From contig CAVSGG010000012.1 of assembly GCA_963727455.1 (NCBI GenBank), forward strand, positions 88,609 to 152,608: a stretch of 64,000 bases of DNA. Reading direction: 5' to 3'. The notes below the pieces were generated by a model. The model was not told the DNA's origin. It searched no databases and saw only the letters and a program-made list of their open reading frames with translations. The first letter of the stretch is position 1; every line of letters begins with the position of its first letter. This document shows positions 9,318-20,184 of this stretch, piece after piece. Made by a program: the position numbers and the translations under genes. This DNA comes from Candidatus Krumholzibacteriota bacterium. Lineage in GTDB: Bacteria > Krumholzibacteriota > Krumholzibacteriia > JAJRXK01.

Positions 9318-11733
9318 ATGGATCTTCAGCGTCGTCCCTACTCTTCTCGCACCTCTTTCGCACGCGATCTGCTGGTCATCAACGCGCTGATCTGGCTGCT
9401 CGCCCCACTTCCCGCGCGGGCGGGCGTCGAGCCCGTCCCTTTCCATGGCTGGCTCGTGGCGCCTTTGGGAAATGCTGTCCTGGGCGACACCTCTCTGCCG
9501 AACTATCTGGTCGTCAACAACATCGGGAGCAGCGGACAGGACGGCGTGCGCTTCGACCTAGGCGCCACCCGCGGACGCATCGGCCCCGTACGTTGGATGG
9601 CGCCCGAGAGTCTTTCCGGTCGAAAGTACCGGGTGGTATCCGAGGGAAGCGATGCGGCGGGAACTCTGTGGTGGGCCACGGATGCAGTGGACCGCGGTGG
9701 GGTGTTCGATTTCAGCATTGATCCCGGCAACCTGGTAGTCCAGGGAACCATGGTGGCGATCACCCTGACCAACGATGGCGATGTGGTCGCTACCCTCGAG
9801 CTGGACAACAGTACGAGTCCTCTCTTCAGCTCCAGCGCTCCTTTTGTCGGTGTGAGTGAAGGACTCGGCGAGATCGCGGCGGACTTCGAGGCAAGCGCCG
9901 CGGGCAAGGCCATCGTTCCGCCGATCCTGGACGACCGCAATTTCGAATTCGAACCCGGAAACCAGATTAGCATCGACGGCGTGGGAACTTTCCCCGCCGA
10001 CGGGGTGCACATCTCCCACCGGCTGCGCCATCGCGACCGGCTGGTGCTCCACTACCTGGATCTGCTCTTCACCGAGCCGGCGGGTTCGACCGGAACGCAG
10101 AGGCTGCGCGATCTGGCCATGGGACCCTTCTTCGGGACGACGCGCGGGCGAGGAGGAGTGCTGCTCGAGAGCGCTTCGGTGGGGTCTCAGGATCGCCTCA
10201 CAGTCAGCAACATCGGCAGCAGCGGTGAGGATGGAGTCGCCTGCGACTTCGAGGAGGATGAAGTGGGAATCGCCCTGTTGTGGGATCCCTCGACCCTCGC
10301 TCCTCTGAGCGAAGGGGCCAGGATCCTCATCGCGGCGGACGCGGCGCAGGGGACCGCGCCGGAGGATCCCGTCGTCTCGTGTTCCGCCCTCTACGAGAAT
10401 CGGCAGCTCTCGATCGTCCGCGATCCCGCCACCACCGGCTCACCGCTGGAGGTGGCCTTCTACCTGGATGACGTCATGGTGAGCGCAGCTTCCGACCCCA
10501 GCGCCGCGCTGCAGGTGAGCGCGAGCCAATGGCCCAGCAGCGCCGGAGTCGAGAACGGCGATGCCCCGGGCGAATCCATCGTCTCCTGGGGCTTTGACCA
10601 GCCGGTCTCCATGCAAGCGGGGACCGACTCTCCCGTCTTGGCCGACCAGGTGCGCCTGCTCGTACCCAGTCTGGTTGCGCCGACCAAATCGACCCGGCGT
10701 GTCGTCCTCACTCCCCCGAGCAGCGCGAGCCCGTACGACTGGACAGTTCTGGGACGCCGAAACACGATCCACCCGCCGGATCCCATCACGCCCTACGCCG
10801 CACTGCGTGGCCTTCACGCCGCGGGGATCGTGCACCGGGACATCGCCGCTCGCGTCGCCAACATAGGGAGTAGCGGTGAGGACGGCGTCAGGGTGGAATT
10901 CGAGCCCGCATCCAACTTGGGACTCAAGTGGCACTCGTCGTGGACCGGCGCCGGGTCTCCCGGCGAGCGCATCATGATGCCGACCTACGGCACCACGAAC
11001 AGCGACCCCGATCGGCCGATCATCGTCGGCCAGCTTTGGAACGAGAGCACGGGCAGTGAGGTGCAGGTGGGAGGAGATCTGAGCCCGCTGGGCGCCGGTG
11101 GACTGGTCTTCGAGCTCTATGACGATGGCGTATTGGTGAACAGCATCACCGCGCTGAACGATGCACCGGCGTTGAGCCTGCCCTCACCGCCCGACAGGGA
11201 TGAGCGTGCGGGCTGGCGCAAACGGCCCGGTATTCTACCTGCAGCTCGTCGCAAACACCCAGGTCTCGACCCTCAGCTCACCGACCAAGACGACGAGCCA
11301 GGCCGATTTCATCGTGGCAAAACCCAGCGAGTCACCAGCTGTGGTTCCCACCGAACTGGTCGCGCTCTCTCTTCGTGCGAGCTCTGTCGCCTGGGTCGTG
11401 ATCGACGATACCAGCCCCCACTACGCGGTCGACGCGCCGCCGGCGCGGGCGGCTGCCGCTCTGACTCTGTATCCCAACGTGCCCAATCCCTTCAATCCAC
11501 GCACCAGCATCGCCTTCGATCTGGACCGCTCCGGTCCCGTGAGTCTGCGCATCTACGATGTGCGGGGACAACTGGTGGACGTGCTTCAGGACGGCTATCT
11601 GAGAGCAGGTCACTACGTGAAGATCTGGGAGGGCTTGGACGCCCGAGGCAAGGACGTGGCATCAGGGATCTACTATTTGCAGCTGGATACAGATGGCAGA
11701 CGCAGGACGAGCAAGATGAGTCTGGTGCGCTAG
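9318..11733 (+). CDS. Secreted protein with three NIGSSG(E/Q)DGV repeats and a C-terminal FlgD-Ig/T9SS-like sorting domain (frameshift near 11190)
   Basis: Signal-peptide-like N-terminus; repeats at 9519, 10209 and 10860. The C-terminal LYPNVPNPFNPRTSIAF..IYDVRGQLV..W.G.D..G..VASGIY..KMSLVR lies in ORF 11200-11733. Confidence 0.75.
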
Positions 11734-12494
11734 GCGTTTTCTTCATCGAGCAGGACGCGTGCGACCTCCTCGGCCACGATGCGGGCCAGGCGCTGAGTAT
11801 CGTCAGCCCATTTCCCCCGCGGCACGACACGAGCGCCGCGCGCTGCGGGATCAGGGCCACCTCCACTACTGGCCACGAGCGCGCTCACCTCGTCACGGCT
11901 CAACGCGCGGGCGCCGCCGGCCAATTCGGCTAGAAGGGTGATCTGCGCCAGGTGCTCCACCGTCTCCAGGGTCTGAAACGCGGTCATGGGATCGGGCCCG
12001 CAGGCCACCACCCCGTGGTTGGGCATGAGCACCGCGTCGTGACGGGTGATGTGCTCACAAACCGCTCCAGCCACCTCATCCGTCCCCGGGGTCGCGTAGC
12101 GGCTCAGCGGAACCTTCCCCAGACCGAGCACCACCTCGGGCAGAAGACAGTCCTCAAGACCGCGCCCGGCCGTGGCCAGCGCGGTAGCCCAGCTGGGGTG
12201 CCCGTGCACCACCGCGCCCACCTCGCCCCGCGCACGGAAGATGGCCAGGTGCATCTGAATCTCGGTCGAGGGCTTGCCCTGGGCAGCGCGACCATCCATC
12301 CCCACCTCGACCAGATCCTCCGGCTTCAAGAATCCCTTGGCCGCTCCGGAGCGGGTCGCCAAGACCGTCTTCTCGTCGAGGCGCGCCGATAGGTTGCCCT
12401 CGCAGGCCACGATGAGCCGCTGCTGGTACATCAGCGCGCCCACGCGGATGAGTTCGCGGGTAGCATCTTCGCGGGTAAGTCTGAGCTTTGTCAC
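11730..12494 (-). CDS. Class II aldolase/adducin family protein
   Basis: EGNLSAR, PSTEIQMH, VVHGHP and LMPNHG zinc-binding motifs; GTG start at 12494 is approximate. Confidence 0.88.
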   Translation of the reverse strand: MTKLRLTREDATRELIRVGALMYQQRLIVACEGNLSARLDEKTVLATRSGAAKGFLKPEDLVEVGMDGRAAQGKPSTEIQMHLAIFRARGEVGAVVHGHPSWATALATAGRGLEDCLLPEVVLGLGKVPLSRYATPGTDEVAGAVCEHITRHDAVLMPNHGVVACGPDPMTAFQTLETVEHLAQITLLAELAGGARALSRDEVSALVASSGGGPDPAARGARVVPRGKWADDTQRLARIVAEEVARVLLDEENA

Positions 12495-12534
12495 GGCAAC
12501 TCCCAGTTCTCCGATACCGCGCACTCGAAGCGCC

Positions 12535-13029
12535 TCAGAGCTTCGCCAGCTCGGCCAGCGCCTCCACCCCATTGCGCTTCAAGTAGGCCACGATGCCGCC
12601 CTCATCACGCAGCTTGAGCATCAGAGGCGAAAGTTCGACGGGAATCTTTGTGCCCTGCGTCTCGTTCACCAGGCACTTCGCCTCGATGTCCAACTCCAGC
12701 TCGTCCTTCTCCTTGATTCCATCGGTATCCGCGATCAACAGGAGCAGACCCTGGTTCATGCAGTTGCGGTAGAAAATGCGCGCGAAGCTCTTGGCAATGA
12801 TGGCTTCGATTCCGGTGTGGGCGAGCGAAGTGACCGCGGTCTCGCGACTACTGCCACAGCCGAAGTTGCGACCGGCCACCACGAAGTCCCCCTTCTTCAC
12901 ATTGGGCGCGAACTCGGGCCGGTACTCGATGAAGCAGATCTTGGCCAGCTCCTCGGGGTCGGTGGTTTGGTTGTAGCGACCGGGGGTGATGAGGTCGGTG
13001 TTGATGTTGTCGCCGAAGAGCCAGTTCAT
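12535..13029 (-). CDS. leuD: 3-isopropylmalate dehydratase/homoaconitase small subunit (LeuD/HacB type)
   Basis: NINTDLITPGRY, GRNFGCGSSRE and SFARIFYRN motifs. Confidence 0.85.
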   Translation of the reverse strand: MNWLFGDNINTDLITPGRYNQTTDPEELAKICFIEYRPEFAPNVKKGDFVVAGRNFGCGSSRETAVTSLAHTGIEAIIAKSFARIFYRNCMNQGLLLLIADTDGIKEKDELELDIEAKCLVNETQGTKIPVELSPLMLKLRDEGGIVAYLKRNGVEALAELAKL

Positions 13030-13030
13030 C

Positions 13031-14293
13031 TCAACCTCGCACCGTCTGGGGGAGATACTGCCGCGGATCGCTGATCACGCCGGTCAGCGCGGTGGCGGCC
13101 GCGGTGGCGGGGCTCGCCAGATAGATCTGGGCGGTGGGGCTTCCCATGCGGCCCTTGAAATTGCGGTTCGAGGTGGAGACGCACACCTCGTCATCGTCCA
13201 GAACTCCTCCCTGCCGTCCCAGGCAGGCCCCGCAGCCGGGGTTGGTAATGGCGGCGCCCATGTTCAGGAAGAACTCCACGAGCCCCTCCTTCATCGCCTG
13301 CAAATACACGCTGCGGCTGGCCGGGGTGATCACCACGCGCGTATTGGGATCGAGCTCACGGCCCTCCCAGATCGACTTCACGATGCGCAGATCCTCGATG
13401 CGGCAATTGGTACACGAACCGATGAAGACCTGATCCACGGGACGCCCTGCCACTTCCTCCACCTTGGCCTCCTGATCGATGTCGTGAGGACAGGCCACGG
13501 TGGGCACCAGCTCTTCGACATCGATCTCGATCGTCTCGCAATATTGCGCATCCGGGTCGCTGCCGTTGGACGCCCAGTCCCCTTCGCGACCCTGCCCTTT
13601 CAAGTACTCACGAGTGCGTTCGTCACTGGGCACGATCGCGGTCTTGGCGCCCAGCTCGGCGCACATGTTGGTCAAAGTCAGACGGTCGGGGACCGGCCAG
13701 TTCCGAACCCTCGATCCCCCGAACTCGATGATCTTGTAGGTGCAGTGCTCGGTGCCGAGTTTCCCCGCGATATGCAGGATGACGTCCTTGGCGAAGACCC
13801 CGTGCGGAAGCTCGCCCTCGATGAGGATTCGAATGACCTCCGGCACGCGAAACCACAGCTTGCCGCTGGCCAACGCCACCGCAGCGTCGGTGCTTCCTAC
13901 GCCGATGGTGAGGGCCCCGAGTCCTCCGCCGGTAGGGGTGTGACTGTCGGCGCCCAAGACCAGCATGGAGGGATGAATGTAATCTTCCGCCAGGAGCTGG
14001 TGGCACACCCCGTCGGTGCGAATTTTGATTCCCTGCTCCTTGGCGAAAGCTCGCACCTTCTTGTGGAGATGGGCCATGGCGGTGCTGGGCGCGGGATAGG
14101 CGTGGTCGAAGGGAATCACGATCCGCTGCGGATCGAAGACCTTGTCCGCAATTTCGTAGAAGGGATCCACCGCCCAAGCGCCGGTGGTATCGTGCGCCAT
14201 CACCAAGTCGAGATCGCAGATCACCGTGTCGCCGGGATGGACCTCGCGTCCGCAGTGCGCGGAGAAAATCTTCTCCGGAAGATTCTGTCCCAT
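13031..14293 (-). CDS. leuC: 3-isopropylmalate dehydratase/homoaconitase large subunit (LeuC/HacA type)
   Basis: DSHT, GSCTN, GCGACLG and STSNRNFKGRMG aconitase-family motifs; 420 aa short type. Confidence 0.87.
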   Translation of the reverse strand: MGQNLPEKIFSAHCGREVHPGDTVICDLDLVMAHDTTGAWAVDPFYEIADKVFDPQRIVIPFDHAYPAPSTAMAHLHKKVRAFAKEQGIKIRTDGVCHQLLAEDYIHPSMLVLGADSHTPTGGGLGALTIGVGSTDAAVALASGKLWFRVPEVIRILIEGELPHGVFAKDVILHIAGKLGTEHCTYKIIEFGGSRVRNWPVPDRLTLTNMCAELGAKTAIVPSDERTREYLKGQGREGDWASNGSDPDAQYCETIEIDVEELVPTVACPHDIDQEAKVEEVAGRPVDQVFIGSCTNCRIEDLRIVKSIWEGRELDPNTRVVITPASRSVYLQAMKEGLVEFFLNMGAAITNPGCGACLGRQGGVLDDDEVCVSTSNRNFKGRMGSPTAQIYLASPATAAATALTGVISDPRQYLPQTVRG

Positions 14294-14302
14294 GGATCTC
14301 CC

Positions 14303-14524
14303 TCAGCCGCCCGCCACCGGGCGTACGAGTTCGAGCCGGTCGCCTTCGCGCAAGACCGTGGTTGCGAAGGAATCCCGGCCGCGTGGCTCACCATTCCACT
14401 CGACGACCAAGTAGCGCTCGTCGAGTTCCAGTCTCTCGATCAAATCCCTGAGGGTGGATCCTGCGGGGACACTCGACTCCTTGCCGTTGACCCTCAGCGA
14501 AATCACCCTCTCATCCGACGCCAT
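14303..14524 (-). CDS. thiS: Sulfur carrier protein ThiS
   Basis: 73 aa; VNG..VVEWNG..LREGDRLELVRPVAGG, ending in GG. Confidence 0.9.
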   Translation of the reverse strand: MASDERVISLRVNGKESSVPAGSTLRDLIERLELDERYLVVEWNGEPRGRDSFATTVLREGDRLELVRPVAGG

Positions 14525-15638
14525 GCAGTGTCGCCTCCCAGTCCTTCCACACCGGCTGCAGCCCGAGTTCGCTCAAGCGCCTCGCCACCTCGGCCGGAGT
14601 ACGTTGATCCGCAACCTCGAACTGTTCCGCCTGGTCGTTGGGATCCTCATAGCCTCCGGGTTCGGTACGGCTGCCCGCCGAGATCTGGGTGATCCCCAGT
14701 CGCACCAGACCGTCGCGAAACGCGGCGCTCTCCCGGGTGGAGAGGACCAGGCCGAGGTCCGGCAGACAGATTCTCAAAGCGCACACGAGCTGCGCGAGTT
14801 CCGCGTCCTTGACCCGCACCGGGGCGTCGATGGCTTGCAGGGCGCTCTGCAGGCGCGGGACCGATACCGAGATGCGGCTGCGCCAGCAGTGTTTCTGCAG
14901 CCACTGCGCGTGAAGGAAGGTCGCCAGCGAATCCGCGCGCCAATCGCTCAAGCCCAAGAGACTGCCGATTCCGATCTGCTTCATTCCTGCCCGCGCCGCG
15001 CGCTCGGGAGTTTCCAGCCGCCAGTCGAAGTTCTTTTTCCTGCCCGCCGAGATGATAGCGCGCGTAGGCCTCGCGGTCGTAGGTCTCCTGGTACACCGAG
15101 AGTGCGTCGACCCCGCGCCGACCAGCTCGCGGTAGCCCTTCTCGTATTGTGGCGCGACTTCGATGGCCACCGATGCGAAGCGCGGACGTAGGCGCTGCAC
15201 GATATCCTTCAAATAGCCCGTGGAGACGATGCGCGGATGCTCGCCGCTGACCAGGAGAATGTGACGGAATCCCTGTTTGCGCAGGATCTCCGCCTCCCGC
15301 AGCGCCTGCTCTGCTTTCAGGGTCACCCGTTCGATTTGGTGCTCACGACTGAAGCCGCAGTAGGTGCAGGTATCGATGCACTCGTTGGAGACGTAGAGCG
15401 GAGCGTAGAGCTGCACGATGCGCCCGAAACGCTGCACCGTGATCCTGCGGGCGAGTTGGGCCAGATCCTCCAGCCGCCTTTGGGCCGCGGGAGAAAGCAG
15501 GCGCGCGAATCGCTCCAAGACTGCCGCCCGAAGCGATTCAACGCCTGCTCGACTTGCACGTCGGTGGTGGCCAGCGAGAGTTCGCGCCAGGCGGAGAAGT
15601 CGGTCGCGTCGAAGAGTTCCTGAAAGCGTGTCGCTCAT
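14511..15638 (-). CDS. thiH: 2-iminoacetate synthase ThiH, radical SAM (compensating frameshifts near 15040-15110)
   Basis: [20 protein letters not shown] (CxxxCxxC), [22 protein letters not shown] and PVWKDW. YQETY lies in the alternative frame. Confidence 0.88.
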   Translation of the reverse strand: MSDTLSGTLRRDRLLRLARTLAGHHRRASRAGVESLRAAVLERFARLLSPAAQRRLEDLAQLARRITVQRFGRIVQLYAPLYVSNECIDTCTYCGFSREHQIERVTLKAEQALREAEILRKQGFRHILLVSGEHPRIVSTGYLKDIVQRLRPRFASVAIEVAPQYEKGYRELVGAGSTHSRCTRRPTTARPTRAIISAGRKKNFDWRLETPERAARAGMKQIGIGSLLGLSDWRADSLATFLHAQWLQKHCWRSRISVSVPRLQSALQAIDAPVRVKDAELAQLVCALRICLPDLGLVLSTRESAAFRDGLVRLGITQISAGSRTEPGGYEDPNDQAEQFEVADQRTPAEVARRLSELGLQPVWKDWEATLHGVG

Positions 15639-16418
15639 CCCTCACTCGCCTCGAGGAAGCCGGTCAGAGGGCTGGAAGCTTCCGCCGTCATTCTCTGCGG
15701 TGGCAGACCCGCCTCGTAGGCCACACGTCCGGCATGCACCGCGTCCTTGAAGGCCGCGGCCATCGCGGCCGGATCGCGCGCCACTGCGATGGCGGTATTC
15801 ACCAGCACCGCGTCCGCGCCCATTTCCATGGCACGAGCGGCGTGACTGGGAGCGCCGATGCCCGCATCGATCACCACCGGCACCGTGGCCTGTTCGATGA
15901 TGATGGAGAGACTGGCTTCGGTGCGCAGACCCTGGTTGCTACCGATCGGACTCCCCAAGGGCATCACCGTGGCCGCGCCGGCTTCCTCCAGGCGCTTGGC
16001 CAGCACCGGATCGGCCGGCATGTAAGGCAGCACGGTGAAGCCGTCGGCCACGAGCAACTCGCAGGCCTTGAGGGTCTCCACCGGGTCGGGCAAGAGATAG
16101 CGCAGGTCGGGCGTCACCTCGAGTTTCACCCAGGAAGGCATGCCGCTGGCGCGCGCCAGACGCGCAAGACGCACCGCTTCCTCGGCGTCCTGCGCGCCGC
16201 TGGTGTTGGGAAGCAGCAGAACCGCTTTGGGGTCGAGGAAGTCCAGGATCTCGTCGCCCTTCGCGCTGGGGATCCACGCGGCGCAGAGCGACCGTCACGA
16301 TCTCCGTCCCGCTCGCGCGAATCGCGTCGCGCATGGAGGCGCCCGAAGGGAACTTGCCGGTACCCAGGATCAGACGGCTCGTGAAGGTTCGATCGGCAAT
16401 GGAAAGCGGTGTACTCAT
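15635..16418 (-). CDS. thiG: Thiazole synthase ThiG (frameshifts near 16230-16270)
   Basis: N-terminus [17 protein letters not shown]; C-terminal part [28 protein letters not shown] and ASSPL. Confidence 0.92.
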
Positions 16419-16651
16419 GATGTTCGTCCCGCGGCTGGATGTCTCTCAGAGGGGCAATCTAGCAGAGCCTGGGGCCAAGTCAACGTGTCCCGCATCCCGG
16501 ACGGCCTTCCGGACCGGAACACTCACTGTTCGAGCAAGCGACCCTGTCCCACTGCACATACCCTTCTTCTAAGTTCCGTAAATACAGACTATTTTGAGCT
16601 TCCTATCAAGTTCTTTCGCAGCTTGGCGAGCTGCGTGCAGCAGGCTGCGGC

Positions 16652-17728
16652 ATGCGCGGTCTTCTCGGCATACTGCTTTTGTCCACCCTGCTTGCGAGCT
16701 GTCGCTTCGCGCCCACCGCGGCCGTCGCGCCGCCGCCAGCTCACCCCCTGCCCGGCTCCTTGCGTCCGGAGTATCTTCTTCCCCGCGACACCCTCAGCCT
16801 GGCCATCTCCGTCGTCGATCCCGATCCCACCCTTCTCGGCTTGCGCGTGCGTTGGGGAGAGCAGATCAACACCCTCAACGGGAGCGGGCCCTTCGAACTC
16901 GCGCTGCCGCGCCTCGCGCGTTCCCCGGCCGACCTGCGGATCGAGACCCTGCCGAGCGACGCAGAACTTCACCTCCATCTTCCTGCCTCTCTGCACGGAC
17001 CGCCAGCGCTTTGAACTCAGTATCCTGCCGCTTTCGCTTTCGGAAAACAATGTCTACGCGCGCGACCTCGACCTGCTCACCGAGTTCGTGCGCCCCTTCG
17101 ACGGCGGAGTCATCCGCCGTTGGCCCTTGGAGACTCTTGAGAATTTCCGAGCCCGCACGCCAGGCCCGATGTCGACTATCTGGGAACTCTGCGCAACGCG
17201 GTCGCGATCTGGAACCGGCTCCTGGGAGTCGAGCGTTTCGTTCTGGTGCCTCAGGGCGCCGAGGCGGAGGTAGAGTGCGAGGTTTCGAAGGAGAGCAGCC
17301 TGGGTTACACGCGCCTCGTCTCGCGCGATGAGGAGCGGCGTCCTCTGCACATGCTCGTGCACCTGAGTCCTCACTTCGCCAGCGGAGCCGAGCGTTACGT
17401 CCAGAGGGTCTGGCTGCACGAGCTGGGACATGTGCAGGGACTCTGGGGACACTCGGAGGATCCCACGCACGTCCTCTACGCGCACTTCATCGCGGTGGAC
17501 GAGCCGGCGCCACAGGAACTCAAGATGGCGCGCTGGCTGTGGTCGATTCCCCAGGCCTCGCACCTCGGCTGGTACGTGCAGTCCGATTCCAATCAGGCCG
17601 AGCGCCGGATCGTGAGCTCGAGAGCTGAGGCCGTGTTCAGTCCACTCTCAAATTCCACGGCAGACGAAACTGTGGAGTGCCGTCCATGGCCGCCAGACTC
17701 GCCTGTTCCGCGATCAGCAGACCGTTGA
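16652..17728 (+). CDS. Lipoprotein with matrixin-like zinc metalloprotease domain (frameshifted; 3' end uncertain)
   Basis: Lipobox LLASC; HELGHVQGLWGHS zinc motif in ORF 17246-17728; pieces lie in different frames. Confidence 0.55.
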
Positions 17729-19489
17729 CCAAGGCATCGAGCGAATCGGAGACGTGGGGCATGCGCACCGCGCTGCTCCACAAGAGGCCACGCAGGAGAC
17801 GATCGAAAGTGCTCATCTCGCGACGGTAGCGAACGAGAGCTCACCCTGTCATCCTGCAGGAATTCGCGCCAAGCTCTTGGCGACTTCCACCGCCTCCTTC
17901 AGGCCGCCCAACTCATCCACCAACCCGAGCTTCTCAGCGTCCCTGCCACTCCATACCCTTCCGCGTGCGATGGAGTCCGCTTGCGCGAAACTCAGGCCAC
18001 GGCCTTCGGCCACCTTGTCGACGAAGCGCTCGTAGAAGCGCCTGAGTTGCGCGCGGATTTCCACTCGCTGTTCCTCGGAGAAGGGCCTCAGGTCGGTGAA
18101 GAGATCGGCATTGTCTCCGCGCGCGATCACCTCATGGTTGATTCCCACCTTCTGGTACAGCCCGGTCAGATCCGCTTTGCCCACGAAGACTCCGATGCTT
18201 CCGGTGAGGGTGAGCGGTTCGGCCACGATGGCGTCGGCGGACATCGAAATGTAGTAACCGCCGCTGGCCGCGAGATCGCCCATGCAGACCACCAGCGGTT
18301 TCTTGGCGCGCACACGCTCCAGCTCCCGCCAGATGAGATCGCTGGCCAGGGTCGAACCTCCGGGGGAATCGACGCGCAGCACCACCGCCTTGACACTGTC
18401 GTCTTCCCGCGCCCGACGCAGACGCTGGATCGAGGGTGTCGCTGCCCAAGAGTCCCGAGCCGGGCTTCGCGTGGCCGGGGACGATGTCGCCCGTGGCGTA
18501 GATCAAGGCCACGCGCCGGCGGCGATCCTGGCGCGGGGCATGGTAGGGCGCGTCCAGATAGTCCAGCGCATCGATGGTGACGAGGTCCTCCGCGCCGCTG
18601 CCCAGCTGCGCATCGAGATCGACCGAATCCACCAGCCGGTCCACCAAGCCCTCCTCCATCGCGCTGCGGGCATCGAAGTAGCCGCGATCGACGAGGTCCT
18701 CCATGTGACGCTCGGAGAAACCGCGCGCGCGCGCCATGGCCTTGATCCAGGTGTCGAAGACCGCGTCCACGTAGACTTCGACCTGTTGGCGCGCGGGATC
18801 GCTCGGTCCCTGGCGGGTCCAGGTTTCCGGAGCAGACTTGTACGCTCCAATCGCCACGAAATCAGCCTGTACTCCAACTTTGTTGAGAAGTCCCTTGAAG
18901 TAGGTCATCTTGGCCTGAAGGCCCAGGATGAGTAGATTGCCCTCCGGTGCCAGAGCGATCGAATCGGCGGCGGTGGCCAAAAAATACGCGCGCGTGCTGG
19001 CCACGCTCAAATAGGCCCAGACCGGTTTGTGCGCCTCGTGGACGCGCTCGAGCAGGGTCCGAAGCTCCTGGGCCTGTGCCCATCCGCCGGAGTACAGGTC
19101 GGGCTTCAGGATCACTCCCTTGATCCGCGGGTCCTCGCAGGCGCGGTTCAGAGCGCGCACGAAGTCCTCGTGACTGGGCTCCTCGGGGCGCAGCAGCGAG
19201 CGCAGCCCTCCGTCCTCGCGAGCCTGCTTCGGGATACTCCGCGCCAAAGGAGAGCTCGAGCCAGCTGCCGTCCTCCACGCTGGGGCGCCCCCCCATCAGA
19301 AGGAAGCGAACTCCCAGGTAGCCCAGCCCCAGCAGAACGAAGGAGGATCAGGGGACCAATCCACCAGCGGGAACGCCGGCGCGAGGGCCTCCGCGGCCGG
19401 CGCGGCGCCCTTCGCTCGGAGCGGGAGTCGAGGGACGAAGGGCTGAAATTGCTCCTTCCGCCGGGAGGCGGAGGCGGGGCTTGAGTCAT
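17637..19489 (-). CDS. sppA: Signal peptide peptidase SppA, 67K type (multiple frameshifts)
   Basis: DPRIKGV, GAYKSAPE, LRVDSPGGS, AASGGYY, TGSIGV, GRVWSG and GLVDELGG. The C-terminus ...QFRLPWNLRVD* ends at 17637 in another frame. Confidence 0.88.
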
Positions 19490-19634
19490 GGGAGTTCTCC
19501 TGCGGTAATCGGATCCGCTGAGAAGTATGGAGCAAGAGCCGACGATCCGCAGCCAGCAATCGACGAGCCAGTTGTCTGCTTGTCGACGATGGTGCAGCCG
19601 TGCTTAGTTCTTTGGCAGCCAAGAGGAGGAGAAT

Positions 19635-20060
19635 GTGGCTCATCATCAAACTCGGTTCCGGGTTCCTTTCGCGGATGTCGATCACGCGGGCATTGTCTAC
19701 TATCCGCGCCTCTTTCACTACTTCCATCTCGCCTATGAGAGTTGGTTCCACGACGCCCTTCAACGTCCCTTTTCGGAACTTTTCTCCTCGGAAGGAATCA
19801 GCACGCCCGTAGTCAGGGCTGAAGGAAATTTCTTGGCCCCGCTCCGCCATGGTGACGAAGTGACGGTGGAGACCTGGATTGGCGCGCTCGGGCAGAAATC
19901 GTGGACCTTCAGCTTTCTGCTCAACGCCAGAGGGGGGCTCTGCGCGAAGGGGTCGGTAGTCCATGCCTTCGTTCGCGTCCCCGAAATGAAATCCATCGAG
20001 ATTCCCTCAGGCTGGCGAGAAACCGCCCAGAAGTGGCTCGAGGAAACGAGCGCACCCTGA
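19635..20060 (+). CDS. Acyl-CoA thioesterase (4-hydroxybenzoyl-CoA thioesterase/YbgC family)
   Basis: VPFADVDHAGIVYYPR motif, FLAPLRHGD; hot-dog fold size. Confidence 0.88.
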   Translation: MAHHQTRFRVPFADVDHAGIVYYPRLFHYFHLAYESWFHDALQRPFSELFSSEGISTPVVRAEGNFLAPLRHGDEVTVETWIGALGQKSWTFSFLLNARGGLCAKGSVVHAFVRVPEMKSIEIPSGWRETAQKWLEETSAP

Positions 20061-20184
20061 CCGGACGCCTCCAATTGCGCATGAGCGCCTTGGTCTCAGC
20101 ATTCTCTTACGTGGAGAGTGCACGGAGGCTATAGTGGACGTCGTCTTCGATTGTTTCAGGATCCTTTCAGCGGGGGGTCATTTC

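Noticed and set aside
9579-10853. Calling the repeat protein a tyrosine kinase
   Set aside because: Only two isolated motifs, in the wrong order, with no Gly-rich loop, catalytic Lys motif or DFG.
4621-14692. Long antisense ORFs such as 4621-6360 (-), 6393-7511 (-) and 12986-14692 (+)
   Set aside because: Shadow frames of real genes in GC-rich DNA, with no recognisable motifs.
16419-16650. TPP riboswitch upstream of thiG
   Set aside because: Only a lone CTGAGA about 30 nt from the start; the downstream conserved CCTGAT/GCGxAGGGA elements are absent.
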